Positions 43,637-55,659 of a DNA stretch of 64,000 bases are shown in pieces (the stretch's first letter is position 1; each line of letters opens with the position of its first letter). The position numbers were made by a program, and so were the translations under genes. Source of the stretch: Picochlorum sp. SENEW3 (lineage: Eukaryota). The stretch lies in contig CP120459.1 of NCBI GenBank assembly GCA_034226945.1, forward strand, positions 310,001 through 374,000, in the 5' to 3' direction. The notes under the pieces are model-generated. The model saw only the letters and a program-made list of their open reading frames with translations, searched no databases and had not been told where the DNA came from.

Positions 43637-45501
43637 TTATCCACCGGCATGGGGCCATCTGGCGCTACCTTTATTTGGCAACCCAGCCATTCGACGTTCT
43701 GAGGCCCATTTCTCATAAATTGCCCCTTCTGAGACGTCATCGGAATGTTCGAATTCCATGTCACCAATCACAACAGTGTCTCCTTCTTTGATACCTCGAG
43801 CTCTCAAAGCTTTGGTGATGCCTGCTGCGTCCAAAACCCCTTGGAATCTGCGTGTAGCCTCATAGTATGACCAGTCTGTCATTTGTGTGAATCGTTCGAT
43901 CGCTTCTCCTTTTACTGTGAATACACGTGGCCCACTAAGGTCAACATCGATAAAAAATTCACCAATTCGGGCATCTGCACGTCGTAACGCCTCCTGCTCT
44001 ACTTCTCCAGAGGTGACCACTGCCTCTACAATCTCCTCCTCATCTGGAAGACTATCCAATACCGTTCGGACTCTTCTCACAATTTTATTCACTCCTACTT
44101 GGGCTACCGCACTGATTGAAAACATGTCATCGGTATCGACTCCACGATCGAGAAGGCCTTGTCGTATCTCATCCCAGTAGTCTGAAGAATCAGGAACATC
44201 CATTTTGTTGTATGCCACTACCTGTGGTTTACTAGCAAGTTGAGGGCTGAATAAGCTCAATTCAGTTTGAATAGCATCATAATCTCCCAAAGGATCTGGT
44301 GAGGTTCCATCAATGACGTGCACAAGTACCTTGCACCTCTGACAGTGTCTTAGAAATTGATGCCCCAAACCAATCCCAGAATGGGCACCTTCCAAAAGAC
44401 CAGGGACGTCTGCAAACACCGTAGATCTAAAATCTAAATTATTAACGCCCAAATTGGGCACGAGAGTTGTGAATGGATAATCAGCCACCTTTGGCTTTGC
44501 ATTGCTGACAACTGACAACAACGTCGATTTCCCTGCATTTGGAACTCCAATGATCCCAACATCCGCAACAAGACGGAGTTCCAAATCCAGCCATATTTCT
44601 TTACACATCTCTCCATACTCTGCCAAGGTTGGTGCATTATTCCTCGCCGACTTGAAAGCCATGTTGCCTCGCCCACCCCTGCCTCCCACAGCCAGCAGGG
44701 CTTTTTCGCCCTCCTTGAGAACCTCAACAAGCGGTGGATTACTTGCATGATCCCCTACTTTTCTAATGATTGTTCCTGGGGGCACTTTAATAACAGTGTC
44801 CTTGCCATTGGCACCGTGACAATCAGAACCCATACCTGCATGACCTGGCTGGGCTCTGAAATGAACCTGCTTGCGGAATGACGACAAGGAATTCAGCGAC
44901 GTATCAGCCTCCACATACACTGATCCTCCATTACCTCCATTGCCTCCAGACGGACCACCTTTCGGTACGAATTTTTCTCTCCTAAAGGCAACACATCCTC
45001 TGCCTCCATCACCACCCTTGACAAGGATCCTTGCTGTATCAAAACACCGAACCTCGGCAGGTAGCCTCTTCCCAGCAACTCTCTTTGGTCGATCATCCTC
45101 TTCCTCGACGTACTCTACCATGGCATCTGGGTCAATCCATTCCACATCATCATCTTCTTGCCCAGCATATGCCACATACTCGACTTCCGCCTCATCAGGA
45201 TACTCATCTTCTTCAGGCATATAATCAGCAGCAGCATCCATGGGAACCTTTTCTTTGGCCATATCCCGCTGCTTTTCAACATTCACCGTGGGACCTCCTT
45301 GTGCTTTTTTTCTCGGAACTGGCTTTGCACCAAACACGGGCGTGTAGTCCTATATATGTTCCGCATGCGTTATCTCTGCTCTTAAAATAACATTCAAAAC
45401 GAGTCACATACCTCATCCTGTCCTCTTCGCGCAGATACTCGGACCATTCGAGGCTGCATGACATGCGACCTGACGAATGTATAACATGGCCCAAAGGCCA
45501 T
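43637..45501 (-). CDS. OBG: Obg/CgtA GTPase, plastid; one 5' intron (~45410-45350)
   Basis: FRREKFVPKGGPSGGNGG, GVPNAGKST, YPFTTLVPNLG, DVPG, NKMD, C-terminal OCT domain (GIKEGDTVVIG). Confidence 0.95.
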
Positions 45502-45796
45502 TGTGTCGGGTATCATCTCATCCAAATGCAAATAAATATCGAATAAGAGTACATGAGACCCTGCAGAGAAATTCTTAATGGGGTCCAATGCCCAGGACGA
45601 ATCTTCATCAACCAGTACCTGTGTGGAAGACAAGTGTCGTTCGATTGGAAACGGTTCATTTTCATCAAATGCGCGCATGAATACATTCTCAGACAAAGAA
45701 TGTACCAATAGATGATCAAAATACCCATTAAGAAAGAACGATCTCTACCAAAATCTGACAGGTGACTGTTCAATTTCACTCACAGTCACCACCACC

Positions 45797-47729
45797 ATGC
45801 CTCTTGGGGGTCGTAGAGACTTTGGGGATTCCCGGTACATTGGTGTGGTGATACCATTTACCACATCTATTGAGGATTATATCGAGGTAGGTACATGGTT
45901 TGAAATCATCGGTAGATGAAGCAACATGCCTTTGTTTGACACACCATACCATGGTGCAGCTTGTCATGGACCAGGGATTTGACTTTGTTGTCTCGTGGCT
46001 GGTTGACCCTGACCATCGAATTCCTAGTATACATGAAAGGAGGCGCTCTGATGGTTCCATAGAGCCTCCTATGAAGCCTGAGACTGTGATGCACACCATG
46101 GTTTCTGGCCATATCAGTAACCAGATTGTTGGTCGCATCAGCGATTGGATTGATCCAGATGATCCATTGAATCCAGATTCTTCAATAATGAGTCTCGAAT
46201 TGAGTTGGGCAGGGCACTTGACGTGCCAAGCATGCATACTTCCATGTCCCAAACATGTGTATAGTCCCAACTATGCCCAGTGCATCATGTCGTATGTATC
46301 CAGCCCCACATCGTCTGTTGCTCTTTGGATGACCATTCCAGTACTATCCAAGGATGTTGATGATGATGATACGTGGGAGATGTGGAACTCGGTGAGGTTT
46401 CAGTGCAATCATCACAGTCGCTTGGGTGTTGTGCTGGAGGTTGGGTCTCATGTGCCTGATATCATGTCTCTTGAACGATGGTGGGGAGAGCCTGTGAAGG
46501 CTATTATATTCAAAAATGATGCATTTGTATGGAAGATAGATACCACCACTCCTTCCATGAGTGTGAATCATATACAGCTTTTAAAAAAGGCATTCTTGCT
46601 GGGTATCCAAATCATTGTGGATCTTCAGGGTGACGACATGCTGAGCATGTTGGGGAAATGCCATCGGTATCTATCCGATATATTCATAGAACAGCCTCCG
46701 CTCTCTGAAGATGATGTTTTGGAGATGCCATACAGAGATTATTTGCAGGCACCACTGCAGCCGCTCCAGGATAATCTTGAGTCTCAAACATATGAGACAT
46801 TTGAGCGAGACAGTCCCAAGTATATTGCGTATGAGCAAGCCATATATTGTGCTCTTGAGGATCCTGAAACTTCTTTTAGCTCCGCAGAGACCGTTGTGGT
46901 CATGGTGGTGGGTGCTGGGAGAGGTCCATTAGTGGCCAAGACCCTCTCAGCAGCACAACGAGCAAACCGCTCTGTTCAGGTCTTTGCTGTCGAAAAGAAC
47001 CAGAATGCAGTCGTTCATCTCTATGCAAGATCCAAAGCAGAGGGATGGGGAAACTCGGTCCAGATTGTTCATGCCGACATGCGTTCCTGGAATCCAACAT
47101 TTCAAGCAGATGTCCTGGTCAGCGAACTCCTTGGATCCTTTGGGGACAATGAATTATCACCAGAATGCTTGGATGGGGCACAAAAGTTCCTAAAACCCAT
47201 CGGTATTAGTATCCCATCGTCATATTCATCATACTTGAGCCCAATAACAGCGAGCAAAGCGTGGACGGAGGTGCAGCATAGAGACTCGCTGGAGCACTTT
47301 GAGACACCATTTGTCGTCCGTCTGCATCGCGTGAGTGAGATTGCTCCTCCGAAAAAGGCATTCACATTTCACCATCCGAACATGGATGGATCTGTCATTG
47401 ATAATACCAGGTACAGATCATTGGAGTTTGTCAACGCACGGAGCCATGGAATGACATGCCATGGCTTTGCAGGATATTTTGATGCCGTGCTGTACAAGGA
47501 CGTCATGCTCTCGATTCACCCAGACACCCACACACCGGATATGCATTCATGGTTTCCAATATTTTTCCCAGTATCCACCCCCTTTTACGTCCCAGCTGGC
47601 CAACACATCACAGCATCCATGTGGCGAAAATCAAACAGCACACGGGTGTGGTACGAGTGGAGCATCAGCAGACCAACCACAGTACCAATCCACAACCCAA
47701 ACGGACGATCATATCATGTAGGATTGTAA
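45797..47729 (+). CDS. PRMT5: Protein arginine N-methyltransferase 5; intron 45887-45959
   Basis: MPLGGRRD..SRY; YLQAPLQPLQDNLESQTYETFE, VVGAGRGPLV, SELLGSFGDNELSPECLDG, SWFPIFFP. Confidence 0.96.
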
Positions 47730-47842
47730 AAAAATCATAATAATACTATTACACATCATCATAGTATACAAATAGTCTTTCATTGAATATACATTGAATA
47801 TACAAGTATCGTACAACAGCAGCAAGATGATACATACATGGT

Positions 47843-48683
47843 CTACCTGTAATATCCTCTCCTCTTGGTAGAACCGCTGCTGTCTGTATGAGAACCAGAC
47901 ACAAACGTGTTTTTGGTCAAATGCTTTTTCATCACTTTTGCATCCTCCAAATCCATAAATTCAGGCAGGGACAAGGTGGCCTTCTTTGCCATGTCATTGC
48001 GAATTTGCAAAATCCTGTGCGCCAAATTCTGCGGATCAATCGTACGCTTCACATTCGTCGCCCTATCCACGATCACAGTTCCTTGAACATTGAATAAATT
48101 CTCGATAAATTCATTTCCAGTCGTCGGTGGATTGTCCGCGGCGTAATTGTTCAACCATTGGGCAGTCACCATATCCAGCTCTTGCAACTGATACAACAAC
48201 CTCTTCACAGATCTCGCCGTAAGAACTTTCAACAGAACTTTCGCAGTATCCCTAAACAACCCAAACACAACACCGCATCAATCATACTAGATACATGAGC
48301 TTCTAGGGTATGTATGTATACTTGTAACAAGCAAGCAAGCATGCTTGCTTGCTTGCATAGAACACTCAACGTACTTGTCGAACGGATTCGGATCACATTG
48401 ATCATCCATACCCTCCAAATTAGCCCTGCAACATCATCCATCCCATCAGTGGATGCCGTACCGAAACGTGCATCCCGCATGACACAGACGCATGCAACCA
48501 GTCCGACCACACCATATCGACACACCCAACGCACCATTTGTTTAAACCATTCGCCCGGACATAAAATCCACGCCTACGGTTCACAACCCGTGTCGCAACG
48601 TGGCGACATGACATTCCCCGAACAGAATGCTTCTGAGACAAAACGCATGCGCGAGGCACCGTTGCCATTCCTGTCAACGCCAT
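47843..48683 (-). CDS. RBCX: RbcX-like Rubisco assembly chaperone, plastid transit peptide, introns
   Basis: DTAKVL...TARSVKRLLYQLQELD...WLNNY...GNEFIENL...LAHRILQIR matches the RbcX pattern. Confidence 0.75.
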
Positions 48684-49287
48684 GTTGCATACAATAGTTG
48701 AATCAAAACAAAGAAGACAGTCCTGGCGAGTTTTCCGAGGGTTTTGATTCGAAATGAAACTGGAAGAATCACGTCGAGCAGCAGCAGCAGAGATGTACCG
48801 TTCTCGTTTTCAGAAAAAATATATCTGACAATAATAGTTTGTGTTTATTTGGTATGTATCTATTCGACTGGAAAGAGCGTCGGGTGAAACTGTATGTATC
48901 CAAGGGTAGTCGTTGAATTATTATTCCGACTTTCTTTTTGAACACTTCAAATTGCCCCAGTCAACTCTGGGAGGGTACATGTGTGGATCGGGCAGCCTCG
49001 ACACGTTCTTGTTACATGGGTACTGCTTGACTCGTTTCGTATTATTAGCAAAGACAAATTATTCATACTGCCGCGACACATGCACAATGCATGGCAACGA
49101 GTCGGTAGAAATACATGGCATTGTTTTGGTCGAGTTCCTCAGCGCAGGGGCTGTTGTTGTTCACTGCAAGCCCTTGACATGGTGGCATACAGGCATTCGC
49201 TCACAGCTACTGTAGAGGTTAATCATAAACCAAGATAGACGCGACATGGGTACTTTATTTTTAATGACGCGGAGAGCAATCCGACGC

Positions 49288-49983
49288 TTATGCACAGCTG
49301 GAAATGACCGCTGCCAGCACAACAAATGCGTGCAGAGACGGGCGCAGCATGGCAGCCCACGATGCTGGGCCCTCCGCAAGGTACTCGGCCATCTGTAGCT
49401 CTGCCAGAGTGTTGTTTCTTGGACCCTCGGGAATGTCAGTGAATGGACACACGCAATAGAAATCGCTCACCCCGTACTTGTTGCCCTCGTCAAGCTCGAA
49501 AGGATAGGCTACGTACTGTCGCAGAGCCCCATCCGCGTAGCTTCCGGTTAGCTGACCGGTGGTTTGGTTGTACGGATATGAGAAATTAAACATTTTCCCG
49601 GTGTCCATATTCTCCAGCACCTGATCATACACGCCCTCCGTGATGTTCGCGAACGTCTCAGCTGCCTCCCCGGACAAGCTCTCGTAGATTCCCCCGTGCG
49701 TGACACCCTCGGCGTTTGGATGCACGCCCCATTCGACAGATTTCCAATCAGGACCATTGAGAACACAGCAAAGCACATAGGGTCCTGAGGGAGAGTCGAT
49801 CTGCTGTTTGTGCACTCGTTGCTCGAGCTTCGGCAGGCCTGCGCCACCCTCCACAGTGTCTTTCACCTCATCCAGCAATTGGGCGCAGATAGGGTAATTC
49901 TTTTCGACCTCTTCCGATTGGTCTTGCGATCTCACCGAACCCAAAGCGGCAAGGAGAGCAACGAGGAGGTGGATCCGCGTCAT
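49288..49983 (-). CDS. Secreted, probably GPI-anchored protein with single Cache-like domain
   Basis: Signal peptide MTRIHLLVALLAALGSVRS; PYVL...VHP...G...FSYPYNQTTGQ...YV; hydrophobic C-terminus without cytosolic tail. Confidence 0.6.
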   Translation of the reverse strand: MTRIHLLVALLAALGSVRSQDQSEEVEKNYPICAQLLDEVKDTVEGGAGLPKLEQRVHKQQIDSPSGPYVLCCVLNGPDWKSVEWGVHPNAEGVTHGGIYESLSGEAAETFANITEGVYDQVLENMDTGKMFNFSYPYNQTTGQLTGSYADGALRQYVAYPFELDEGNKYGVSDFYCVCPFTDIPEGPRNNTLAELQMAEYLAEGPASWAAMLRPSLHAFVVLAAVISSCA

Positions 49984-50451
49984 CCCTTGTGGCGTTTTTC
50001 GAGCGACAGATGGATGGGTATTTTCACAGGTATTATTTCTCAAGTTGAGTCCATTCAATGGGCATCCTGCGGCACTGGAAGCGCCTTGATGTAGCCACCA
50101 GGCACATGCGCCTGGTGCGCACCAAATTCCGCGTCCTCTTTTCCTCGCCCAGTCAGGCAAGACCACCTAGTTGACGCCGCCCGGTAGGGCTCGAGGGTTG
50201 AGGTTGGATTTGCTTCGGGGGGGCACCGCTAGTAGACCACAGCAAAAATGGATAAGGGCGCCAGACTCCAGCTGGAGTCTGCAGGCAGTCTCTGTGAATT
50301 TCTTTTCGATTCGAAAATATTTGGCGGCGGTACAGGGTGATGCAGAATATTCTGCATGCCAATCATTTGTCTAATGTGGTATTACAGCATACACCTACTA
50401 CTATCATGATTATGAAAAACCATTACAATTAACACTATCACCCTTGGTTGC

Positions 50452-51018
50452 TTAGGCACTCACGGATGCAGTTCCACTGCGGAGCTTCTTGGCAGCCTGA
50501 GCCTTGGTCAACTTGCGTGGTCTTGAGGACTCGAGCTCGGCTGGGACAGCCTCGCTCTTTTCAGTAAGAATGAGTTCAACGTGGCATGGGCTAGACATAT
50601 ATGCATTGATACGACCGTGGGCACGGTATGTTCTACGACGTCCTCTGACAGCCTGGTTCACTTGGATGTGAGACACGTACAACTTGTCAGTATCCAGTCC
50701 CTTTGACTCGGCGTTTGACTCGGCATTCTTCAAGAGATCCAAGACATACTGGCAAGACTTCTTTGGCCATCTTCCCTGTCCAATCTTATTTCCCTCATTC
50801 TTTGCCTGGGCTGTGCGACCAACTCCACCGTTGAATCTGAGGAATGGAATGCAGCGCTTGTGGTCCATGACTGCCTCGAGGTATGCCTTTGCCTTGACAA
50901 GAGTCATACCGCGGACGGCACGTGCTGTCTCTGCAGTGTTCTTGAAGTGAACACGAAGGTCAGACCCGCGAGCCTTGGCTGTCTTGTTCACATCAGCATC
51001 TTTACTGTAGCGACCCAT
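50452..51018 (-). CDS. RPL17: 60S ribosomal protein L17 (uL22)
   Basis: [43 protein letters not shown]. Confidence 0.97.
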   Translation of the reverse strand: MGRYSKDADVNKTAKARGSDLRVHFKNTAETARAVRGMTLVKAKAYLEAVMDHKRCIPFLRFNGGVGRTAQAKNEGNKIGQGRWPKKSCQYVLDLLKNAESNAESKGLDTDKLYVSHIQVNQAVRGRRRTYRAHGRINAYMSSPCHVELILTEKSEAVPAELESSRPRKLTKAQAAKKLRSGTASVSA

Positions 51019-52029
51019 GATGCGTACTTTCTACAAAGATACAAATCTGCAAACATGATGAGAAAGAAAGGTATGTGAGACATGGATCGAGAGAGAAGAA
51101 GAAGAAGAAACGAAGAAGAAAGAATCGATCAGAGTAAAGAGTCCGGTCAGACAAGGTGTCTGAAGGAAGGCTGTCTGCTCGTCGAAACACCGCCGCAACG
51201 TCGTCGCCCTCGCCACCGCCACGGAACGATTGGCATGAGCCATGCCTCTATTCATATTCCTTTTACTGCTCTCTTTATATGCCGCACTGTATCTGTATCG
51301 GTCCCATGGTTGTCTGTTTTTGGCGGCCGAGTTGGGACCAACATGGTTCCAAGATGGCCATTCTGATCAGGACAAATATCTAATTCATTTCCCATTAAAT
51401 ATAACATGAAAGATGACTGTTTACTATCTCAATACTTGGGAGGCTCTTCAGTCTAGATATGCCACGTTTTCTTCTTCTTCAGTGCGAGCAGCCGTAGCGG
51501 CGTGGGCGACAACAGCAGTTTGCTTCCTCTTCTACGCTAGCCGTTCATCCAAACGTACCTAATAGTGTAAAATTAAAATTATGGTGGGCTGGCGGTGGTA
51601 ATTTGACACATATTCTGATCGCCGACGGACATGGTTTGGCTTTGGCGGAGGCAGGATGAAATCAGGTTGTACGTCCTGTGGAAAGAGTTGTTTGATGGGA
51701 CCTATCATCTGTCTCATGATGGTGGTCGGTCTGGTCATGTTCTGGCGCATAGATGATAGCAAGACGTCACTGTAAATAGATTTATAGGAATATACGAGGT
51801 ATAGAATCTATACACGTGACTGTGGGCGGGTATTGTTCTTTGAAGAACGTTGCATGTCTGTATAGCACATGCACTCAATTTGTAATTGCACTCAATACGC
51901 AAAAGGCATCAACTGTTATTAAAAAATACACAGGTATTTTTTATTACTAGGTAACCCAAATATCCTAATAATCCACGGGGGAGTAGCAACGGTCTTGACA
52001 TTGCCATAATACTATCAAGTGAGCCAGCC

Positions 52030-53607
52030 ATGGATGCGTATTTTACACCACAGAGCACGCAAGGGCATGTGCTCTGTTGCTTGTGTGGTATATCAATACC
52101 ACCAAATCCTTCAAACATGTGTGTCAACTGTATTAGGAATCAGGTGGATATCACAGAGGGGATTCAAAAGCAGGTGACAGTGTTGTGGTGTAAAATGTGT
52201 GGGAGGTATCTGCAGCCTCCCAAGCACTGGTTGCAGGCGGAGCAAGAGTCTAAAGAACTTTTAACATTTTGTATCAAGAGGATTCGTGGTTTGCAAAAGG
52301 TGAAATTGGTGGATGCTGGGTTTATCTGGACAGAGCCTCACTCGATGAGGTTGAAAGTAAAGCTGACTGTGCAAGCAGAGGTTATGAATGGAGCTATTCT
52401 GCAACAGAGCTTTGTTGTTGAATTCATAGTGGAACGTCATATGTGTCCTGCATGCAATCGACAGAATGCAAATCCAAATTCGTGGATTGCGTGTGTCCAA
52501 GTGAGGCAGCATGTTCAGCACAAGAGGACATTCTTCTTCTTGGAGCAACTTATTTTAAAGCATGGTGTGGATCAATCGTGCGTGAATGTGAAAAATATTC
52601 ACGAAGGTGTTGATTTTTATTTTAGTAATAGGGCGCATGCGAACAAATTTGTGGACTTTTTGCAATCAGTGGTGCCAATACGGCACCGTAGTGATAAACA
52701 GTTGGTGTCGCATGATGTGCATACATCGAATTATAATTACAAGTATACGTTCAGCGTAGAGCTTGCTCCTATTTGCAAGGATGATTTGGTATGCTTACCG
52801 CCGAAAGCTGCGACATCGCATGGTGGCATTGGGCCAGTCGTGCTGTGTACTAGAGTGACAAACGCATTGACCTTGATTGATCCAAAGACACTACAGGTGG
52901 CCACGATCGAGGCCCCCATGTATTGGAGGATTCCGTTTAGAGCAATGATGTCTAGTAAACAGTTGAGTGAGTTTATTGTGCTGGATATTGAGCCTGTTGA
53001 TGCGAAAGGATGCCATCAGCAGGGCAAGCTGCATTTGGCAGAGTGTGTGGTTGCTCGTCTCGCAGACTTTGGTGCTAATGACCAAACATACACGACATAT
53101 ACACATCTTGGACATATTCTACATCCTGGAGATCATGCGTTAGGGTTTGATGTGGCGAATGCAAACTTAGTGGACAGCAATCTAGACGCCGCAGAACAAA
53201 AAGGGTATCAACTTATGGATGTCGTGTTGGTTCGAAAGAGTTATGAAGAAAAACGACAGCGACGACGCGCAAAAGGAGTTTCAAGAGCATGGAAACTCAA
53301 AAGATTGGATATGGAGGTTGATGAAGAGGAAGATGCAAAGGCTGGAGGTAGAAGAAGGAATGGGGAGGTGTCTGCAGCAGAACAAGAAGCAGCCGACATG
53401 GAACGATTCCTTGAAGAGCTTGAGGAAGACGTTGATTTGCGTTCTCGTATTGCCATCTATAAGGATTCGCAAGCCGCAGCAGCAGCTAGAAATGCCATGG
53501 AACATGACATGCAAGACAGTGATGAGGATGACGATGTTCCAGAGATTCCATTAGAAGAGCTTTTGGATGATTTGGCAGCAATGCAGCTTGACGGAGAGAA
53601 CGCATGA
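52030..53607 (+). CDS. NMD3: 60S export adaptor NMD3
   Basis: CCLCG..IPPNPSNMC, WTEPHSMRLK, VQVRQ..HKRTFFFLEQLILK, FLEELEED, EIPLEELLDDL (NES). Confidence 0.96.
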   Translation: MDAYFTPQSTQGHVLCCLCGISIPPNPSNMCVNCIRNQVDITEGIQKQVTVLWCKMCGRYLQPPKHWLQAEQESKELLTFCIKRIRGLQKVKLVDAGFIWTEPHSMRLKVKLTVQAEVMNGAILQQSFVVEFIVERHMCPACNRQNANPNSWIACVQVRQHVQHKRTFFFLEQLILKHGVDQSCVNVKNIHEGVDFYFSNRAHANKFVDFLQSVVPIRHRSDKQLVSHDVHTSNYNYKYTFSVELAPICKDDLVCLPPKAATSHGGIGPVVLCTRVTNALTLIDPKTLQVATIEAPMYWRIPFRAMMSSKQLSEFIVLDIEPVDAKGCHQQGKLHLAECVVARLADFGANDQTYTTYTHLGHILHPGDHALGFDVANANLVDSNLDAAEQKGYQLMDVVLVRKSYEEKRQRRRAKGVSRAWKLKRLDMEVDEEEDAKAGGRRRNGEVSAAEQEAADMERFLEELEEDVDLRSRIAIYKDSQAAAAARNAMEHDMQDSDEDDDVPEIPLEELLDDLAAMQLDGENA

Positions 53608-53789
53608 AGGTTGATTATAGATTGATTCATTGTACTCATGTAACCATAGAGTGTCGACATGAGATCCGAATGGCCTCATCATCATCCCAGTAGTAGTCCG
53701 TGGCAACATGCCAGGACTCATCACATGAGACAACGTGATGCATTGTATGTATGCATGCATTCTCCAATCGCCGGTGCATTATAATGTGA

Positions 53790-55275
53790 ATGGGATATAT
53801 AGAGTATAAAATGAACGCCAATTGGTGCAGAAGAGCCAGTTCAGGGCCTTTGACATGCCGTCCCATTTCCAATTCGGCGGTCAGCAGGATCCGTGTGAGG
53901 GACAGCAATGTGCGCCATAGCTTTAGGAAATATGATATAATCAATAAGGAAATGCATAAAAATGGACCAGTAGTCAAAAGAATCGGAAAAGAAGGCAGCA
54001 TTGTAGCTGCCGCAGCCAGTGTATTCGCAGCAGGTGGGCGTTTTGCATAGTGTTGGTGTTTTCGGAGACATCTTATCAGACGATCGTCATCCAGCCTATG
54101 AATCAACCATGGTACTGACACTATATTATATTACTATTGCAGATGTAGCCGAAGAAGAGGACGGAGGCATGGTTGAGAATATCAAGCTTGGTCTCTTGTT
54201 TGCTTCCTGGTACCTGGCCAACATTTACTTCAACATGTACGTATCCTGTGCACTATTACATATTACACACGCACGCAAAACACTATTCATATTCCATATC
54301 CTCATCTCACACAACTATCGATGATGTTGCAGTTTCAATAAGCAGATGTTGAAAGTTTTCCCATACCCTGTGACCTGCACAGCCATCCATTTCATGGTTG
54401 GGAGTATCCTTGCTCTGACAATGTGGCTTTTGCGTATTCATCAGCGCCCAAAGCTTGAATCAGAGACCTTGAAATCTATCAGCCCATTAGCAGGAATCCA
54501 TGTGCTGGGCAATGTGTTGACAAATATGTCATTGAAAGCAGTGGCAGTCTCTTTCACCCACACCATCAAGGCCCTCGAGCCATTTTTTAGTGTCCTCATG
54601 TCCTTCATCTTTTTAGGATCCATCCCGACAATTCCGGTAGCTGCGTCACTTTTGCCAATTGTTGCTGGTGTTGCATTGGCATCCATCTCTGAACTCTCCT
54701 TCAACTGGACTGGATTTTTAGCTGCTCTAGGATCAAATGTCACATTTCAGTCAAGAAATGTTTTATCCAAAAAGTTCATGCTCAAGGGTACGTGATTTTA
54801 TTGTGAGGAAGAAGATTTCTATACTCAACAACAAGGTACTTGTTCTGACACACACATGTTCATGTACATGCTTGGTGCAGGAAAAGATGGCTTGGATAAC
54901 ATCAACCTCTTCAATATTATGACAATCATGTCATTCCTTATTTTGGCTCCAATAGCAATTCTTGTCGAAGGAGTCCAAGTGACCCCAGCCGTCATTCAGT
55001 CGCTCCCAGAAGGAATGGTCACCAAGGCCATCATTGCGAGTGTTGCTTTCCATTCATACCAGCAAATATCGTATCTGGTACTTCAGAGAGTATCCCCAGT
55101 CACTCATTCAATAGGAAATTGCATCAAGCGAGTCGTCGTCATTGTTGCTTCTGTCATTGCCTTCAACATTCCAGTGAGCCGACAAAATGCCATGGGAACA
55201 GCCCTGGCATTGTTTGGTGTCTTCCTCTATAGCCAAGCGAAAAGGGCTGAGAACGCCAAGGAAAAGGCGACATGA
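53790..55275 (+). CDS. PPT: Plastid phosphate translocator, PEP/phosphate (PPT) type; 3 introns
   Basis: [59 protein letters not shown]. Start may be 53811. Confidence 0.88.
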
Positions 55276-55659
55276 TCATAGATAGATCACATTTTGATAC
55301 TAAATATCTAGTACTACAATGTAATAATGTAAAATCCGGGTACATGCAGCCGAGATCTTGCCAACAGATCTCTGTACCATCTGAGTGCTCTGTCAAGAAC
55401 ATGGCATGCATGCATGCCATGAAGACCGCTTCAGCAGCGTCCCTACCAAACACATTACACTAAATTTATTCATAAGCAAGACGAAAGCGTCACATTTTGG
55501 TCATTCAGAGACAGATAGGTCGGGCTCCGCAGCCGGTTGACTGAGTTTTGTAGTTCAGTTCACGACGCAGAAAGCTTTCATTCGACAACGAAATCGGATT
55601 CATCTGAGTATATTACGAATAGTTTTGGAGGATATCAGAGGAGCATTGTACTGGTCGAA

